In this document: in pieces, positions 25,915 through 39,620 of the stretch | How positions within the stretch are numbered: the stretch's first letter is position 1 | Layout of the letters: the number at the start of each line of letters is the position of its first letter | Assembly (NCBI RefSeq): GCF_006345805.1 | Contig: NC_043001.1 | Location: 21,204,001-21,268,000 of the forward strand | From: Octopus sinensis | Lineage: Eukaryota | Direction of reading: 5' to 3' | Length of the DNA: 64,000 bases | Made by a program: the position numbers and the translations under genes | The notes under the pieces: generated by a model | What the model was told of the DNA's origin: nothing | What the model saw: the letters and a program-made list of their open reading frames with translations, nothing else | Database searches by the model: none

Positions 25915-28307
25915 CACACTTTTTGACTATTTTTTAATTATATAGTCTTTTTAAATGACCATAATATTAAATGTTGAAATTCATTTATATAACTTTTTTT
26001 TTAAACATAGAATAATGTAAAAGATGACTTTAAAAAGAAGGCAAACAAAAAAAAAAAAAAATTACAAAAGGACTAAGCATTCCAACCACAAGAATTAAAG
26101 TAAAAATGCAGGTAATGTATGAAATGTGCACTCAGTTCTTTGAATTGGTAACTGATAACAAATCTTAAAAATATATTTCCAATTTGGTGTTCATTTGTAA
26201 TAATTAATTTCAAATTTATAGAAATGAGAATATATTTTAATATCTCAGCATATGTAGTTCTTCACAAAAAAAAAAAAAAATCCCAAACACACACAAAAAA
26301 TTCAAAGACACATGAAACATTTATGATACTTTTTTCATGAAGTAAAACTTATTTTAACTGTTACACCACTTATCTGACTCCAAAAATTTGATGGTGTGTG
26401 TATGTGTGAGAGTGTATAGAGAGAGAAAGGACGTATGTGTGTTAATGACTTTCTTTTTGAAATGTATGCAAATTTTCTTTCTATTTAATCTTATGTAAAA
26501 TATTCAGAAAAAGGACTAAAATAAGAAAAAAGCTTAAATTAGTTGGAAAATGTAGGAAATATTTTTATGAATTTAACACAAGAAGTAAATTAAATCTATA
26601 GAGTTGACAAGGGTTGGCTACAAACTTGAGCACTGGTAATAAATGAAGTTTTTAAATAGCCTTAATAAAATTTCAATAATATATATATATTTTAATAAAT
26701 TTCACATGAATTGATGATGTGGAAGAAAATGGAAACTTTTACACTTTTCTTAAAGACAATAGCACCACCATAAGTCGGAAAAAAAAAAAAAAATCCACAA
26801 AGCTTAAATCATGAACTCCATTAAAAAGAACTAATTCCTACGCTAATTAGTCCATTTTGTAACCACTTCAATTTCAGACTAGAAGCTAATTAATTTAATA
26901 TAATCAACTGGAATGGAACCAAGTCTCTTTTCTTTATCTTAATACATAAAAATATTCCTAACACACACACACACATATATATATATTATATATGCACACA
27001 CATACATGAGGAAGTGGACAAATGAAGGAAAATGACACTCGACATAGGATGATTCTTGACATAGGAGTTACATATATTATCATATAAAACAGTTTGATTT
27101 AGCTCCATGCAAATAATATATATATGCCAACAAACTATGTGTGTTATAACAAAAAAATATAGACATATACATCTTAACAGAACAGTAAGTCGTTAAATTT
27201 AGGCCTGCAAAATTACTGTCAAGTTATTAAGTAATATTCAGTGTACTAAGTTCTCAAAAAAAAAAAAAGTTTCTTTTTCTTCTTCCATATACAAGATCCA
27301 GATTCAAATGTATCCAGATAACCATCTTCACAAGGCAACAGAATATATGACGTTATGTCTTGAACATACTGAGCAATTATTGGTTCATGAACCACATATC
27401 TGGTTCCATTCTTCAAGTACTCAATGGTAAACAGTGTATTCACACCATCAAATATCCACAAGTAGAGAATCACACAGATTTGAAATTAAAACAATTCAAT
27501 GGTTATTGTTATCACACTCCCCAAAAGAGCCGGCCAGCAGTTGGTACTTTGTAGTCAAATATGCTTGTTGTGATTTTTTTTTATTCATGTGATATCACTC
27601 ATGTGATATGGAAGCAAAGAAAAAATTTAAGAAAAAAAAAAAAAAAAAAACCAATGAAATTCTGCAATGAAATATTTCTAATATCACAATTTAGTTTCTT
27701 CCACTAAATATTTTGAGGACTTATAATTACTTTTTATCTTTAACATGAAGGCTAAATCTTGGATTTTAAAACAGATTTTAAAAAAAAAGAAAAAAAGTAT
27801 ATTAACTTAGCCATCAAAAGGTATTAACCCTTTTACATCATTTTGTAGAAATTCAAATTTTTTTCATTTAAATTAAATTTAAAAACAAAACAGATACACG
27901 CACACACATATACAAAAGTATGTATATGTTCTCAGACACATAGACACACAAAGTAACAATCATGCATACATGCATATGTTATAACTGCATATCACTTGAA
28001 GAATAGGAAGCATGCAACCTATTTCGAATTTGTTAGACACTTTCTGATCCAGTATAAATCATTCAAAATAAATTTATAATGAAATATAATCCATACAACT
28101 GAGTACATTTCTTATAAGTTGCATGGTATCAAATAAACACTATCTTTTAGTGCAAAATGAAGTCTTTTTGTTATGAAAGAAATGTTGAAATTTTGGTAAT
28201 GAAATTTTAGATAAAAATATCAATAAATGTCTGGTAAAAAGTATTTTAAGACCTGCTTTCAAACAGGGTTTAGCTTCCGGTCAGAAAATAGCAATAGAAG
28301 ATCAATG

Positions 28308-28549
28308 TCATATTGTCATAATTTCATAAAGAAGCGGATTTTCTCTAAAAACAGCCCATTCCACTTTCATTGAATGTATGAGCTTAACATTCCATTCCGT
28401 AAGAGTTCGCAATGACATAAGACGATCAAAGATCTTTGCAAGGCGTTGTTTACTCGTAGGATCTCTTTGAGTCAAAAAGTAATCGAGACAATTGACTAAT
28501 TTCAGCTGAATTTCTTCAACTTTCTTTGGTTCCTCAAGAGTGCACCTAT
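28308..28549 (-). CDS. Nuclear receptor last coding exon (helices 9-12, AF-2)
   Basis: ttttacag|DRCTLEEPKKVEEIQLKL...RLAKIFDRLMSLRTL...NPLLYEIMTI-stop. The six exons total 1167 nt, i.e. 388 aa plus stop. Confidence 0.95.
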
Positions 28550-30077
28550 CTGTAAAAAAGAAAAAAAAGGGAATAGAATGCAATTAAAAACTAATAGAAT
28601 TAAGACAAAGTCAATTATAGATTGAATAAATTAAAACTATCACATTCTTTTCTACTCTAGGCACAAGGCCCAAAATCTTTGGGGAGGGGGCCAGTCAATT
28701 AGCTTGACCCCCAGTATGCAACTGGTACTTAATTTATCAACCTCGAAAGGATGAAAGGCAAAGTCAACCTTGGCGGAATTTGAACTCAAAAACTATTATC
28801 TTAGTTGATGTGTGTGTGTGCTTGAAAGAGGACAGAGTTGATCACTTTAAGAAAATATATTTTTCTTCTTTATTGTAATTCAGATGTTGCATTTTTATAG
28901 AATTTTAAACAACAGGGAAGTCACATGGATAAGTAGTTTAGGGTATTTGGCTCAAGATCATAAGATTGTGAGTTCAATATCTGGGGGTGCATTGTGGCCT
29001 TGAGCAGGACACATTATTTCACGTAAGCAGCTAACTGGCTACCATGCCAGTGGCATGTAAAAAGTACTATTCGAGCGTGATCATTACTAGCGTGTCTCCT
29101 TACTGGCACTTTGCCGGTGGCACATGAAAAAACATTTGAGCGAGGTCGTTATCAGTGTTGCTGGACTGGCTCCTGTGCAGGTGGCATGTTAAAAAACACC
29201 ATTTGAGCTGGCCATTGCCAGTACCACGTGACTGGCCCTCGTGCCGGTGACACGTAAAAGCATCCACTACACTCTCAGAGTGGTTGGCGTTAGGAAGGGC
29301 ATCCAGCTGTAGAAACTCTGCCAGATCAGATTGGAGCCTGGTGGAGCCATCTGGTTCACCAGTCCTCAGTCAAATCGTCCAACCCATGCCAGCATGGAAA
29401 GCGGACGTTAAACGATGATGATGATGATGATGCTCCAGTCCACTTGTACTTGCATTTCGAAGGGCCAGTCTTGTCACGTTCTGTGTTGTGTCGAATCTCT
29501 CTGAGAACTGCATTAAGGACATGCATGTCTGTGGAGTGCTCAGCCACATGCATGTTAATTTCACAAGCAGGCTGTTCCGTTCATCGGATCAACTAGAACC
29601 CTCATTGTTGTAACTGACAGGGTGTCGGTTAAACAACATGCTCATTCTTCTTGTACATAAAAATGACAGCTCCAGTTATAAAAACACCAGTAATCTTCAT
29701 TTGTAAAAGGTTAAGAATGAATATTTTAAAGTCTACGAAGAACAAAATGAAGATTTCTAGAAACTTTGTTTATATTTCATGGTTTTGCTCATCACTGTTT
29801 GGGAGAAACAGTGAGGTTGTTTTTATTTCTATCTGAAATTGCATCTGGCCATTTTGCACTTTTAAAGAGCAGTGGGAGAAAGAAGCACCCTTACTTGAAA
29901 AACAAATAAGAGGTGGTTACAGGAAGGGTGTCCAATTGTAAAATGCTGTACCAAATAAATCCCCTTCCAACTAGGATCTCACAGAAAACAAAGAACATGT
30001 AAAACAAACTAAACAAACACATAATTCCTTAACTTTTGAAGGAGCTTCAGAATGTTTCAATATAGAAAACAGATAAA

Positions 30078-30490
30078 TAGTAGTTGTGATACCTGTGCCG
30101 GTGGCACATAAAAAGCACCATCTGAACGTGGCCGTTGCCAGCGCCGCCTCGACTGGCTTCTGTGCCGGTGGCACATAGAAAGCACCATCCGAACGTGGCC
30201 GATGCAGCACCGCCTCGACTGGCTTCTGTGCCGGTGGCACATAGAAAGCACCAACTGATCGTGGACGATGCCAGACCCCCCCTGGCACCTGTGCAGGTGG
30301 CACGTAAAAAGCACCCACTACACTCGCGGACTGGTTGGCGTTAGGAAGGGCATCCAGCTGTAGAAACACTGCCAGATCAGACTGGAGCCTGGTGCAGCCT
30401 CTGGCTTCCCAGACCCCGGTCGAACTGTCCAACCCATGCTAGCGCAGAAAACGGACGTTAAACAATGATGATGATGATGATGATGATGAT
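30078..30490 (+). mobile_element. Family B element
   Basis: Four GGTGGCAC units plus tail with (GAT)n. Confidence 0.8.
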
Positions 30491-31449
30491 AAAGGATTCC
30501 CTGAGGAAAATCAAATTACTGAATTCAGATAACCATTGACTATTCTATTAGTTATTTATTTGCTAAATGCCTAATTATAGATAAAGAAAAGTGCTAGATA
30601 AATATGTTATGCTGTCAAGTAAGGAGTGGTGTTTGGTGTAGTGAATAAGGAGAATTCACTTTGTAAACCTGACAGCTGCACCTCAGTTGTGGACAGGAGC
30701 ACTGGCCATCAATTACTACACAGCTCTCACTAATGGTTCCCTCCCAGAAGTTTGTAGTGTACACTGACAGTCATACCACGGCTCCTCACTTTAGTGAGTG
30801 AACAAAACTATGTAGAGGGTATCAGCAATCTCAGAAGAATTACTATATAAGAGACGTCACCCCTTAAAAGCACTAAAGACTGAAATGATAAGGCAAAACC
30901 CAATATGGTCAATGGCTCAGAAGGTAAGCTGTATAGTGCACCTAGGGTATATTTTTGTTGGAATCCAGATTTGTAGTCAGCCTCCATGCAAGGAATAAGG
31001 ACCCTGTCATGTACACTGTTGCACCTATTGAAAATCATAGACCATAGATGGAAATCCTTGATATTCAAGAGTAGATGACTCCAATCAATCAATCAATCAA
31101 TCAATCAATGAATCAATGAATCGATAAAGTTTGGAGACCATTCAGATTGGATTTATTCAATCTAAGTTAACTAAGTCTTGTTCTGTTGTGTGTGGGGAGA
31201 GTCATTTTCTTTTTGTGCCTTATAATGTAACACACTCACCGGTAAAATTTCCACTTCTTTCTTATTTTTATTTTCCTATAATTTCCGTTGCGTCTTGCAA
31301 CCTTTTCAATAGTCTTAACTCTGTCCGTTATTTACACTGCGTTCCTTTTTGTTTGTTTGTACGCATGTGTGTGGGTCAGTGTGTGTGCCTATGCATGCAT
31401 GTATGTATGTATGTGTGTATGTATGTATGCATGTATATATGTGTGTGTA

Positions 31450-31490
<41 letters not shown>

Positions 31491-31875
31491 GTGTGCATCT
31501 GTATGTACGTATCCTGCATATTATGTGCTTGCATGTGTTTGCATATGTATGCACCTCTGTCTTCTTGTGTGTGCATGTGTGTGTGTGTTTTGCAACTATG
31601 TACCATGTTTGTATGTATGGATGTGCATCTCTATATGTGTCTTTGTGTGGAGTAAAGTGTGTGTGTGTATATATGGTCATGTGTTTCAGTCTGTTCATAT
31701 AACCTATGTACCTATCCGTCTGTATGTTGATCTGTTTATTTTCATATCCATATGCTACAAAAAAAGTCTTGGTTTTCAAGAATTTGTAAAATAAGTATCA
31801 AAGAATATTCTAAAAGACTAGCAAGGATACAGAAAGTCTATTTTTAAAAGGAGAATTGGGGAATTTCTTACTCAC

Positions 31876-32100
31876 CAACTGACATAATACTGATAGCTTG
31901 TATCAAACCAATTTCATCACAATCCAGATGTAATTTCTGTAATCCTTCACTAAAATGAAATACTGCTTCTAAAAAGTCTCGGTCCCATATTCGTGATATT
32001 TCTTCAAAATGGTAACAAGCTCCATTTTGTCCCATTGCGACTTTTAAAACTGGGTTCATCATATTAAAATTGCCTAGATACCAAAATTCAAATCGAGATG
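31876..32100 (-). CDS. Nuclear receptor exon (LBD helices 5-8)
   Basis: tttcag|ASRFEFWYLGNFNMMNP...FSEGLQKLHLDCDEIGLIQAISIMSV|gtgagt; 225 nt, phase 1->1. Confidence 0.93.
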
Positions 32101-32253
32101 CTGAAATATAAATAAAAGAAAAAAGATAAATTATAAAAATGAAAATGAAACAAGGAACACATAAAAAAACGCCAACAAGACTGAATCATTTGTGAGAGCC
32201 ATGCAGACCATGTACAAAGATGCTGAGAGATAATGATTATATTACCAAGATAT

Positions 32254-32482
32254 TTAACCCTTTAGTGTTCAGATTATTCTGTCAAATGTGATGTTTGTTT
32301 ATTTAAAATGGTTTGAATTAATCATGCATTATCTTGTAGTTTAGAGATTTCGGTGATGTGTTTTTTTTAGTTTTAGAATGATATGGTAGGGCTGAGGTAA
32401 GAGGCAAGATCTGGTCAGTTTCAATATAAAACAGGTTAAATATTCTGGCCGGATATGGCCGGTTTGAATGCTAAAGGGTTAA
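32254..32482. mobile_element. TTAA MITE family 2
   Basis: TTAACCCTTTAG...CTAAAGGGTTAA inverted ends. Partial relatives at 23548-23750 and 32625-32832. Confidence 0.8.
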
Positions 32483-33300
32483 CATCGTAGGAGTGGGTGT
32501 GTGGTAAGTAGCTTGCTTACCAAACCACATGTTTCCGGGTTCAGTCCCACTGCGTAGCACCTTGGGCAAGTGTCGTCTACTATAGCCTTGGGCCGACCAA
32601 AGCCTTGTTAAACGATGATAATGATTGCTTGGTCAAATGTAATGCTCATTTATTCTCATTCTTTTGAATTTGTCATGCATTATCTCACAGCTTTCAAATT
32701 TCAATGATGTGGTTGTTTATTTTTAGAATGTCATTGTTGAGTAGTTTTAAGAGGCTGGATCTCCTTAGTTCGAACATAAAATAGGTAGACTATTTGGGTT
32801 GGATGTGGCCAGTTTAAATACTAAAGGGTCAAAGCAACCCTAGTAAAGATAAACGTTTTAGTTAGCAGGAAACATGACATAACTCTTCTACCATCAATAT
32901 TTTTATAGCTTAGGAAAAAGGAAATGAAATGATGACCCCTGCACCACATCAAGTAAGCTTTTTGTATTTTATTTTTTTACATAGAAAGTTTTAATCAAAT
33001 GATATAAAATTTGTTTCAATGAAAGATAAATCTTGTATATACACTGAAAACAAAATGCAGCTGTAAACTCTTTTTTGTCTAGAAAAATAGCAGCAGAACA
33101 AAGTTTGAAGCAATTATTACAGACAGTTTATCATCATCATCATCATCCTCATTTAACGTCCGCTTTCCATGCTAGCATGGGTTGGACGATTTGACTGAGG
33201 ACTGGCAAACCAGAAGGCTGTATGAGGCTCCAATCTGATCTGGTAGAGTATCTACAGCTGGATGCCCTTTCTAATGCCAACCACTCCGAGAGAGTCTATA

Positions 33301-33334
<34 letters not shown>

Positions 33335-33617
33335 CATATATATAGAGGGGGAAAGAGTGAGAGAGAGAGAGAGAAAGAGATAGATAATCTGTACATAAGA
33401 TGAAAAACAATTTGCAAAGAATCGTTTGATATATTGAAAAAAGTTTTTTCTTATTTATTGGTACATGAGGCTGTGGTTAAAAAGTGTGCTTTCTAATCAT
33501 GTAGTCTTGGGTTCAGTCCCACTGTGTGTCACCTTGGGCAGGTGTCTTCTACAATAGACATGGGTTGACTAATGCTCTGTGAATGAATTTGGTAGATGGA
33601 AACTGAAAGAAGCTTAT

Positions 33618-33653
<36 letters not shown>

Positions 33654-33950
33654 CATATATATAGAGGGGGAAAGAGTGAGAGAGAGAGAGAGAAAGAGAT
33701 AGATAATCTGTACATAAGATGAAAAACAATTTGCAAAGAATCGTTTGATATATTGAAAAAAGTTTTTTCTTATTTATTGGTACATGAGGCTGTGGTTAAA
33801 AAGTGTGCTTTCTAATCATGTAGTCTTGGGTTCAGTCCCACTGTGTGTCACCTTGGGCAGGTGTCTTCTACAATAGACATGGGTTGACTAATGCTCTGTG
33901 AATGAATTTGGTAGATGGAAACTGAAAGAAGCTTATTGTGTGTGTGTGTG
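33301..33950. repeat. Tandem duplication, period 319 bp
   Basis: Two apparently identical units bounded by (TG)n. Confidence 0.95.
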
Positions 33951-34323
33951 TGCTCTTGTCATGACATCATGTGAGGATTGCCAATTAGCATCACCATGCT
34001 AATGTCAATAGCGTCATCAAAATAAATATCAAATGGAAATTGTAGTTGTGATACCTGTGCCGGTGGCACGTAAAAAGCATCATCCAAACGTGGCCGATGC
34101 CAGCGCCGCCTTGACTGGCTTCTGTGCTGGTGGCACGTAAAAAGCGCCAACCAATCATGGCCGCTGCCAGCCTCCCCTGGCACGTAAAAAGCACCCACTA
34201 CACTCACAGAGTGGTTGGCTTTAGAAACACTGCCAGATCAGGTTGGAGCCTGGTGCAGCCTCCTGGTTTCCCAGACCCCAGTCGAACCGTCCAACCCTTG
34301 CTAGCATGGAAAACGGACGTTAA

Positions 34324-34356
<33 letters not shown>

Positions 34357-34617
34357 CAAGCAGTGTTGTTTGCTTTCTGTCTTCCATGGCAATAGATTAC
34401 CTCACTCAGAATAAGTGATAGTTGGTGACAAGAGGGGTATCCAGCTGTAGAAAATGTGCCTCAACAAATTCTGCTTGACCCATGCAAGCATGGAAAAGTG
34501 GACATTAAAGATGATGATGGCAAAAATAACCTCTGCCACATTGTTTCCCAAAATCATAAAGTGTATGCTGCTGATAAAGTTACCACTAATGAACATGAAA
34601 AAAAACTTCTAACGTAC

Positions 34618-34846
34618 CTTTGATGAGACTGCTCTGATCACTTATTGTCAAATTCTGGAAACATGGAATTGATTTAGAAAAATTTACAAAACGCCGGACA
34701 TTTTCTTCCATTGATTTGGCATACACTTCCATTAGATGGAGTCGATTATCTAAGTCAATGCCTGTGGAATGGTAGAATGAATGATATTCCTCTTTTGATA
34801 TTGCTGGTAACTCACCAAACACAGACTCTTTCAGTTTATATTCTTC
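34618..34846 (-). CDS. Nuclear receptor exon (LBD helices 3-4 signature)
   Basis: ttttag|EEYKLKESVFGELP...VRRFVNFSKSIPCFQNLTISDQSSLIK|gtacgt. Matches the NR signature F(A/S)KxIPxFxxLxxxDQxxL(L/I)K; 229 nt, phase 0->1. Confidence 0.95.
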
Positions 34847-35459
34847 CTAAAAAGGAGTCAAAAAACAAATCAATGAATTACATTGAAAAAAAAAAAAAAA
34901 AAAAAGTAAATTCATAAATAACTTAAAATTGCAAGTAGTTATACATTGTCCATGTAGTTACACATGGAAAATATATAACTACAGTTTTGAACTTTAAGTA
35001 TTCCTGATACTTCTATGGAGGCACAATGACTCAGTGGTTAGGGCAGCAGACTCATGGCTGGAGGATCACGGTTTCAATTCTCAGACCGAGCATTGTGTGT
35101 GGTTATTGAGCAAAAACATCTAAAGCTCCAACTTTCTCTCACTCTTTCTTCCTGTTTCTTGAGTAATGCTGCGATGGACTGGCGTCCCGTCCAGCTGGGG
35201 GGAACACATATGCTACAGAAACTGGGAAACCGGGCCCATGAGCCAGGCTAGGCTTGAAAAGGGTGCATAAATATAATAAAAAAAAGAGATACTTCTACAA
35301 GGTACAGACCAACTTAAATATACATGAACACACACTGCATAGTAGCCTGGGGCTATAGTAGATGATAACTGATCAAAGTGCTGCCCAGTGGGACTGAACC
35401 CAAACCATGTGCTTGCAAAGCAAACGAAGAAACTTCTTTACTGTACAGCCATGCTTGTA

Positions 35460-35508
<49 letters not shown>

Positions 35509-36078
35509 TTGAATGCATATTTTTGCTATGAGGTTTTCAGGTTGGTATACAAAATGGATCTGATTTTGTTATCAGCTGAATGTACATGCATGCATAAGTA
35601 TGTGTGTGAATATATACACTTGAAAACAAGCATGGGTTAATGGCAGGAAGAGCATCCAGTTATAAAACAATTAATACCTGAAGAACCAGTTCAGGGCATT
35701 AGATTGGCATTCTTTAATATCAGTTCTAGCTCTTTGTGTTCTGAGTGCAGAGGCCATTCTCTCCGGACAGAATTTTGTTTGGAAATCTTTTAGCGAGTTA
35801 CGCACATATTACAGTGTGTGCATGTATGTATATACAACACACACACACACCACACACACACACAAACACACAGTAATATTGATTTCAAATTTTGGTACAA
35901 GGCCAGCAAATTCAGGGAAGGGGCTAGTTGACTTTATTGACCTCAGTGCTCAACTGGTATTTATTTTATTGGTCTTGGAAAGATGAAAAGCAAAGTCTAC
36001 TTTGGCGGAATTTGAAATTAGAATGTAAAGACAGATGAAATGCTGTCAAGCATTTCATCTCACACAAAAACGATTATA

Positions 36079-36422
36079 ATATAATAATAATAATAATAAT
36101 AATAATGAAATTATTGTATAGACTGCTCAGGTGCACCACAACTTGTCAAAAGTGTGTATAAAGCATATGCAGTAATGTACAAATGTCTGGGAAGTGAACA
36201 GTGTATGAGTCAGATACATGCTTGTGTGTGTATGGAGGGGAGAAAATCAGGTGTAGTGTTGGCAAATCTCAGGAAGCATGGAAGTTTTGAAGGATGCAGT
36301 GCTCCGACAACTAACATCTAATGCCGGCAGTTTGTTCCATGCTTCAGCAACTCTTAGCATGAAAAATTTCCGAAAGTCATGGGAGCTGTGCTGTTTTCTG
36401 ACTTTGTAAACATGTCCACGGG
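36079..36422 (-). mobile_element. CR1-type LINE 3' end
   Basis: TRGHVYKVRKQHSSHDFRKFFMLRVAEAWNKLP; (ATT)n tail. Confidence 0.85.
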
Positions 36423-36536
36423 TCTGCCAGCTCATTGGCTTATACACACACTGTAATATAAAATGAATTACTAAAAGGCAATGGGAAAGAATCAATTTGA
36501 AGTATATGATTTAATATAGTTTTCAGAACTATATTA

Positions 36537-36843
36537 AGATGTAGGACAAGTTACTGCGATAGCCTGGGATTCAGAGGTCCTCAGCTCTTCAATATCCTCC
36601 CGAAGGACCTGAGAGACCTGCATGTTGTGGATGTAGGTGTCTTCAAAATAAAGCTAGACCTCTTCCTGTCAGGTGTCCCAGATGAACCAACTTTGCGGCA
36701 GGAGGTGCGGATGAGGGCAGCTGCATCAAACTCTCTCATGCACCAAATGGCAATTGCTAAGAAGCATTTGTGAAGTAACATTATGTAGCAACACCAAATG
36801 GCGGTGCCCCAGCATGGCCACAGCTCGTGAGCTGAAACTAGAT
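36537..36843 (+). mobile_element. CR1/L2-group LINE 3' end sharing its tail with SINE family A
   Basis: Open frame SLGFRGPQLFNILPKDLR...FKIKLDLFLSGVPDEP...AASNSL, stop at 36771-36773, then GGCGGTGCCCCAGCATGGCCACAG. Confidence 0.8.
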
Positions 36844-38029
36844 GACCCCCCCCCCCACCAAAAAAAAAAACTGATAAATTGTCTACTTCAAGTTTCACGC
36901 AACTGTTTACCTAATATCTCTGAGGGATATATTATATATATCTATTAAAAATTAAAGGATCTTTGGACAATGAAAAGTAATAAACGGTGTGGCTGTGTGA
37001 TTCAGAAACTTGGTCTCTGGTGTGACACCTGGGGCAATTGTCTTCCACTATAACCCAGGGTCAACCAAAGACTTGAGAGTGGATTTGGTTGAAAGAAACC
37101 CGTCATATATACATATATGAGACAGAGTGTGTGGGTGCATGCGTGCGCAAACCTTTGTATAGACATCATGTGATGGTTATAAACAAGTGTCGTTGTCATA
37201 CAAATAATGATCAATCTTACATGAAAAATGTGTGTGGATATGGGGAAATATTACCATGCTTGGAAACAAGAGAAGCTAGCGACAGGAAGGGCATCCAGTT
37301 TTAGAAATTCTGCCTTGACGAATTCCATCTGACCCATGCTAGCATAGAAAAGTAGACGTTAAAACAATGATGATTTAGCTTCCAGTCGTAGGTATCATAG
37401 GGAGATAATTTAGCTTCAACTACGTAGTTACTTCCCTTGTATCAGCAAACATAATTTCAGTCCTAATCTGCAGCACGGAATTTTGTCAGTGAACAGGTCG
37501 CGTTCTCAAAGTGACGAAAATATTTTGACAAATTAAATTTAAATGTTGAAGTGAATCTAACGGATTTTGTGTGTTTCTTAAATAGCTTATAAACACCTTC
37601 CATGCTGCAATTTTTTTCGTTCCAGCACACAATCTCAGATCAGGTGACTTGCTATGCAAGTACATTACCGTAAATATAATACTAAGATTACTAATTTCTC
37701 GGAAAGTAACTGTTAAGCAAAGGGCAGAGTGGGTTGTGGAAATGGGTGCATAAAAAGGATGAAAGATATATTGGGATGACACAGGAAGTTCCATATGAGT
37801 TTATGCATGTAGTAAATATAAGGATCACTAAAGGACGTGGCTACATTGAAAGTAGGCTTCAATCCAGGTTATAAGGTCAATAAATAAGCTTAGGATCCCT
37901 GCTTGCTCTTTAGTCTTGTAGTGATATTAGCTTCCAGAATTTCAACAGAAACTTGTCAAAGTGGCAACACTTGCCCCAAAACTCTGAGCCTGTACTTTTT
38001 GAGGCTGTTTAGTGTGGAGGTCTGTTTAG

Positions 38030-38370
38030 TGTGAAGGCGCGTGGCTCAGTGGTTAGAGCGTCGAGCTTACGATTGTGAGGTTGTGAGCTCGAATCCCGGA
38101 CCGGGCTGTGTGTTGTGTTCTTGAGCAAGACACTTTATTTCACGTTGCTCCAGTTCACTCAACTGTAGAAATGAGTTGCGACGTCACAGGTGCCAAGCTG
38201 TATCAGCCCCTTTGCCTTTCCCTTGGACAACACTCGGTGGTGTGGAGAGGGGAGGCCGGTATGCATGGGCGACTGCTGGTCTTCCATAAAACAACCTTGC
38301 CCAGACTTGCGCCTCAGAGGGTAACTCTCTAGGTGCAAACCCATGGTCAGAGTCTGACCGAAGGGGGTCA
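38030..38370 (+). mobile_element. SINE family D variant
   Basis: tRNA-like head GGCTCAGTGGTTAGAGCG...TCGAATCCC; reverse copy at 45560-45890. Confidence 0.75.
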
Positions 38371-38844
38371 CACAAAGTGTGGAGGTCTATTTGGCAGTGC
38401 TTAACAGAAATTCCTTTGTGCCCTTTATGTATATTCATCATTTAGTAACCACTTTTTTCATGCTTTCACAGATTAGATGGAATCTGTTGAGGCAGATTTT
38501 CTATGGCTGGATGCCTTTCCTGTCGTCAACCCTCACCTGTTTGCAAGCAAGGTAATATTTCACCATGACCAGAAATAATTTTCATAGAGGACTAGAAAAA
38601 AAAAATACGAGGAAGACTGAAAATGAACATCCTCTGTATGATAGTAATGCTCGTTTATAACCATCACTTCATGTTTAGATAATGATGGACACACACACAC
38701 ACACCATGGGCTTCTTTCAGTTTCTATAACAAAAACTACTCACAAGACTTTGGTCAACCTGGAGCTATAGCAGAAGACATTTGTCCAAGGTGCCAAGTAG
38801 TGAGATTGAACCCAGTGACTACATGATGAAATATAACAACTTAC

Positions 38845-39056
38845 ATAATAAATTCGCTGTCGTCTTTTTACTTCCTCTTCATCAAAAACACATTCCTGAC
38901 CATAGATGTCATGGGCTTTTGTAATGATTGCAATGAGTTCTTCAAGATCTTCATCTGAGTTGCCAAGAGGTGGAGAAAGTTCAGCTTTCTGCAAACGTTT
39001 TACTTCTTGAATATCTTTAGTTCTTTTCTCTAAGGTGTAGCGTCCTGTTTTAATAG
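38845..39056 (-). CDS. Nuclear receptor exon (T/A-box, hinge, LBD helix 1)
   Basis: ttttag|AIKTGRYTLEKRTKDIQEVKRLQKAELSPPLGNSDEDLEELIAIITKAHDIYGQECVFDEEEVKRRQRIYY|gtaagt; 212 nt, phase 1->0. Confidence 0.93.
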
Positions 39057-39221
39057 CTAAAAATTCAAACAGAGAAAAGAAAACTCTTTATTAATTGTTT
39101 TTCTTCAAATTACATTTTCTAGTTATTTATTTCAACTCAATCTAAAATCAGATGATACAACAAGAAGTATTAATGGTGAATATGATATAAATTTCAACAT
39201 AAAAAACACTCTTATTTTTTT

Positions 39222-39620
39222 TTTACTCTTTTACTTGTTTCAGTCATTTGTCTGTGGCCATGCTGGAGCACCGCCTTTAGTTGAGCAAATTGACCCCAGG
39301 ACTTATTCTTTGTAAGCCTAGTACTTATTCTATCAGTCCCTTTTGCTGAACCGCTATGTTACAGGGACGTAAACACACCAGCATCGGTTGTCAAGCGATG
39401 TTGGGGGGACAAACATATACACACACACACACATACATACATATATATATACATATATACGACGGGCTTCTTTCAGTTTCCGTCAACCAAATCCACTCAC
39501 AAGGCTTTGGTCGACCTGAGGCTACAGTAGAAGACACTTGCCCAAGGTGCCACGCAGTGAGACTGAACCTGGAACCATGTTGGTAAGCAAGCTACTTACC
39601 ACACAGTCACTCCTACGCTA
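39222..39620 (-). mobile_element. SINE family A
   Basis: Reverse-complement similarity to 149-551. Confidence 0.85.

Larger units (their letters stand above)
20600..28307 (-). other. Probable long 3' UTR of the nuclear receptor gene
   Basis: About 7.7 kb, U-rich on the minus strand and almost free of the young SINEs that fill the flanks. AATAAA (minus) at 20619-20624 is followed by a U-rich tract. The end point is inferred. Confidence 0.5.

Noticed and set aside
30078-30320. CRISPR-like repeat-spacer pattern in family B
   Set aside because: Spacers are homologous to each other, the array is part of a dispersed eukaryotic retroelement, and there are no cas genes.
37486-37794. 102 aa intronic ORF
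   Set aside because: No recognisable domain; the receptor exons splice in frame without it.
38030-38105. tRNA-like sequence
   Set aside because: It is a SINE head continuing into SINE body; not called as a tRNA gene.
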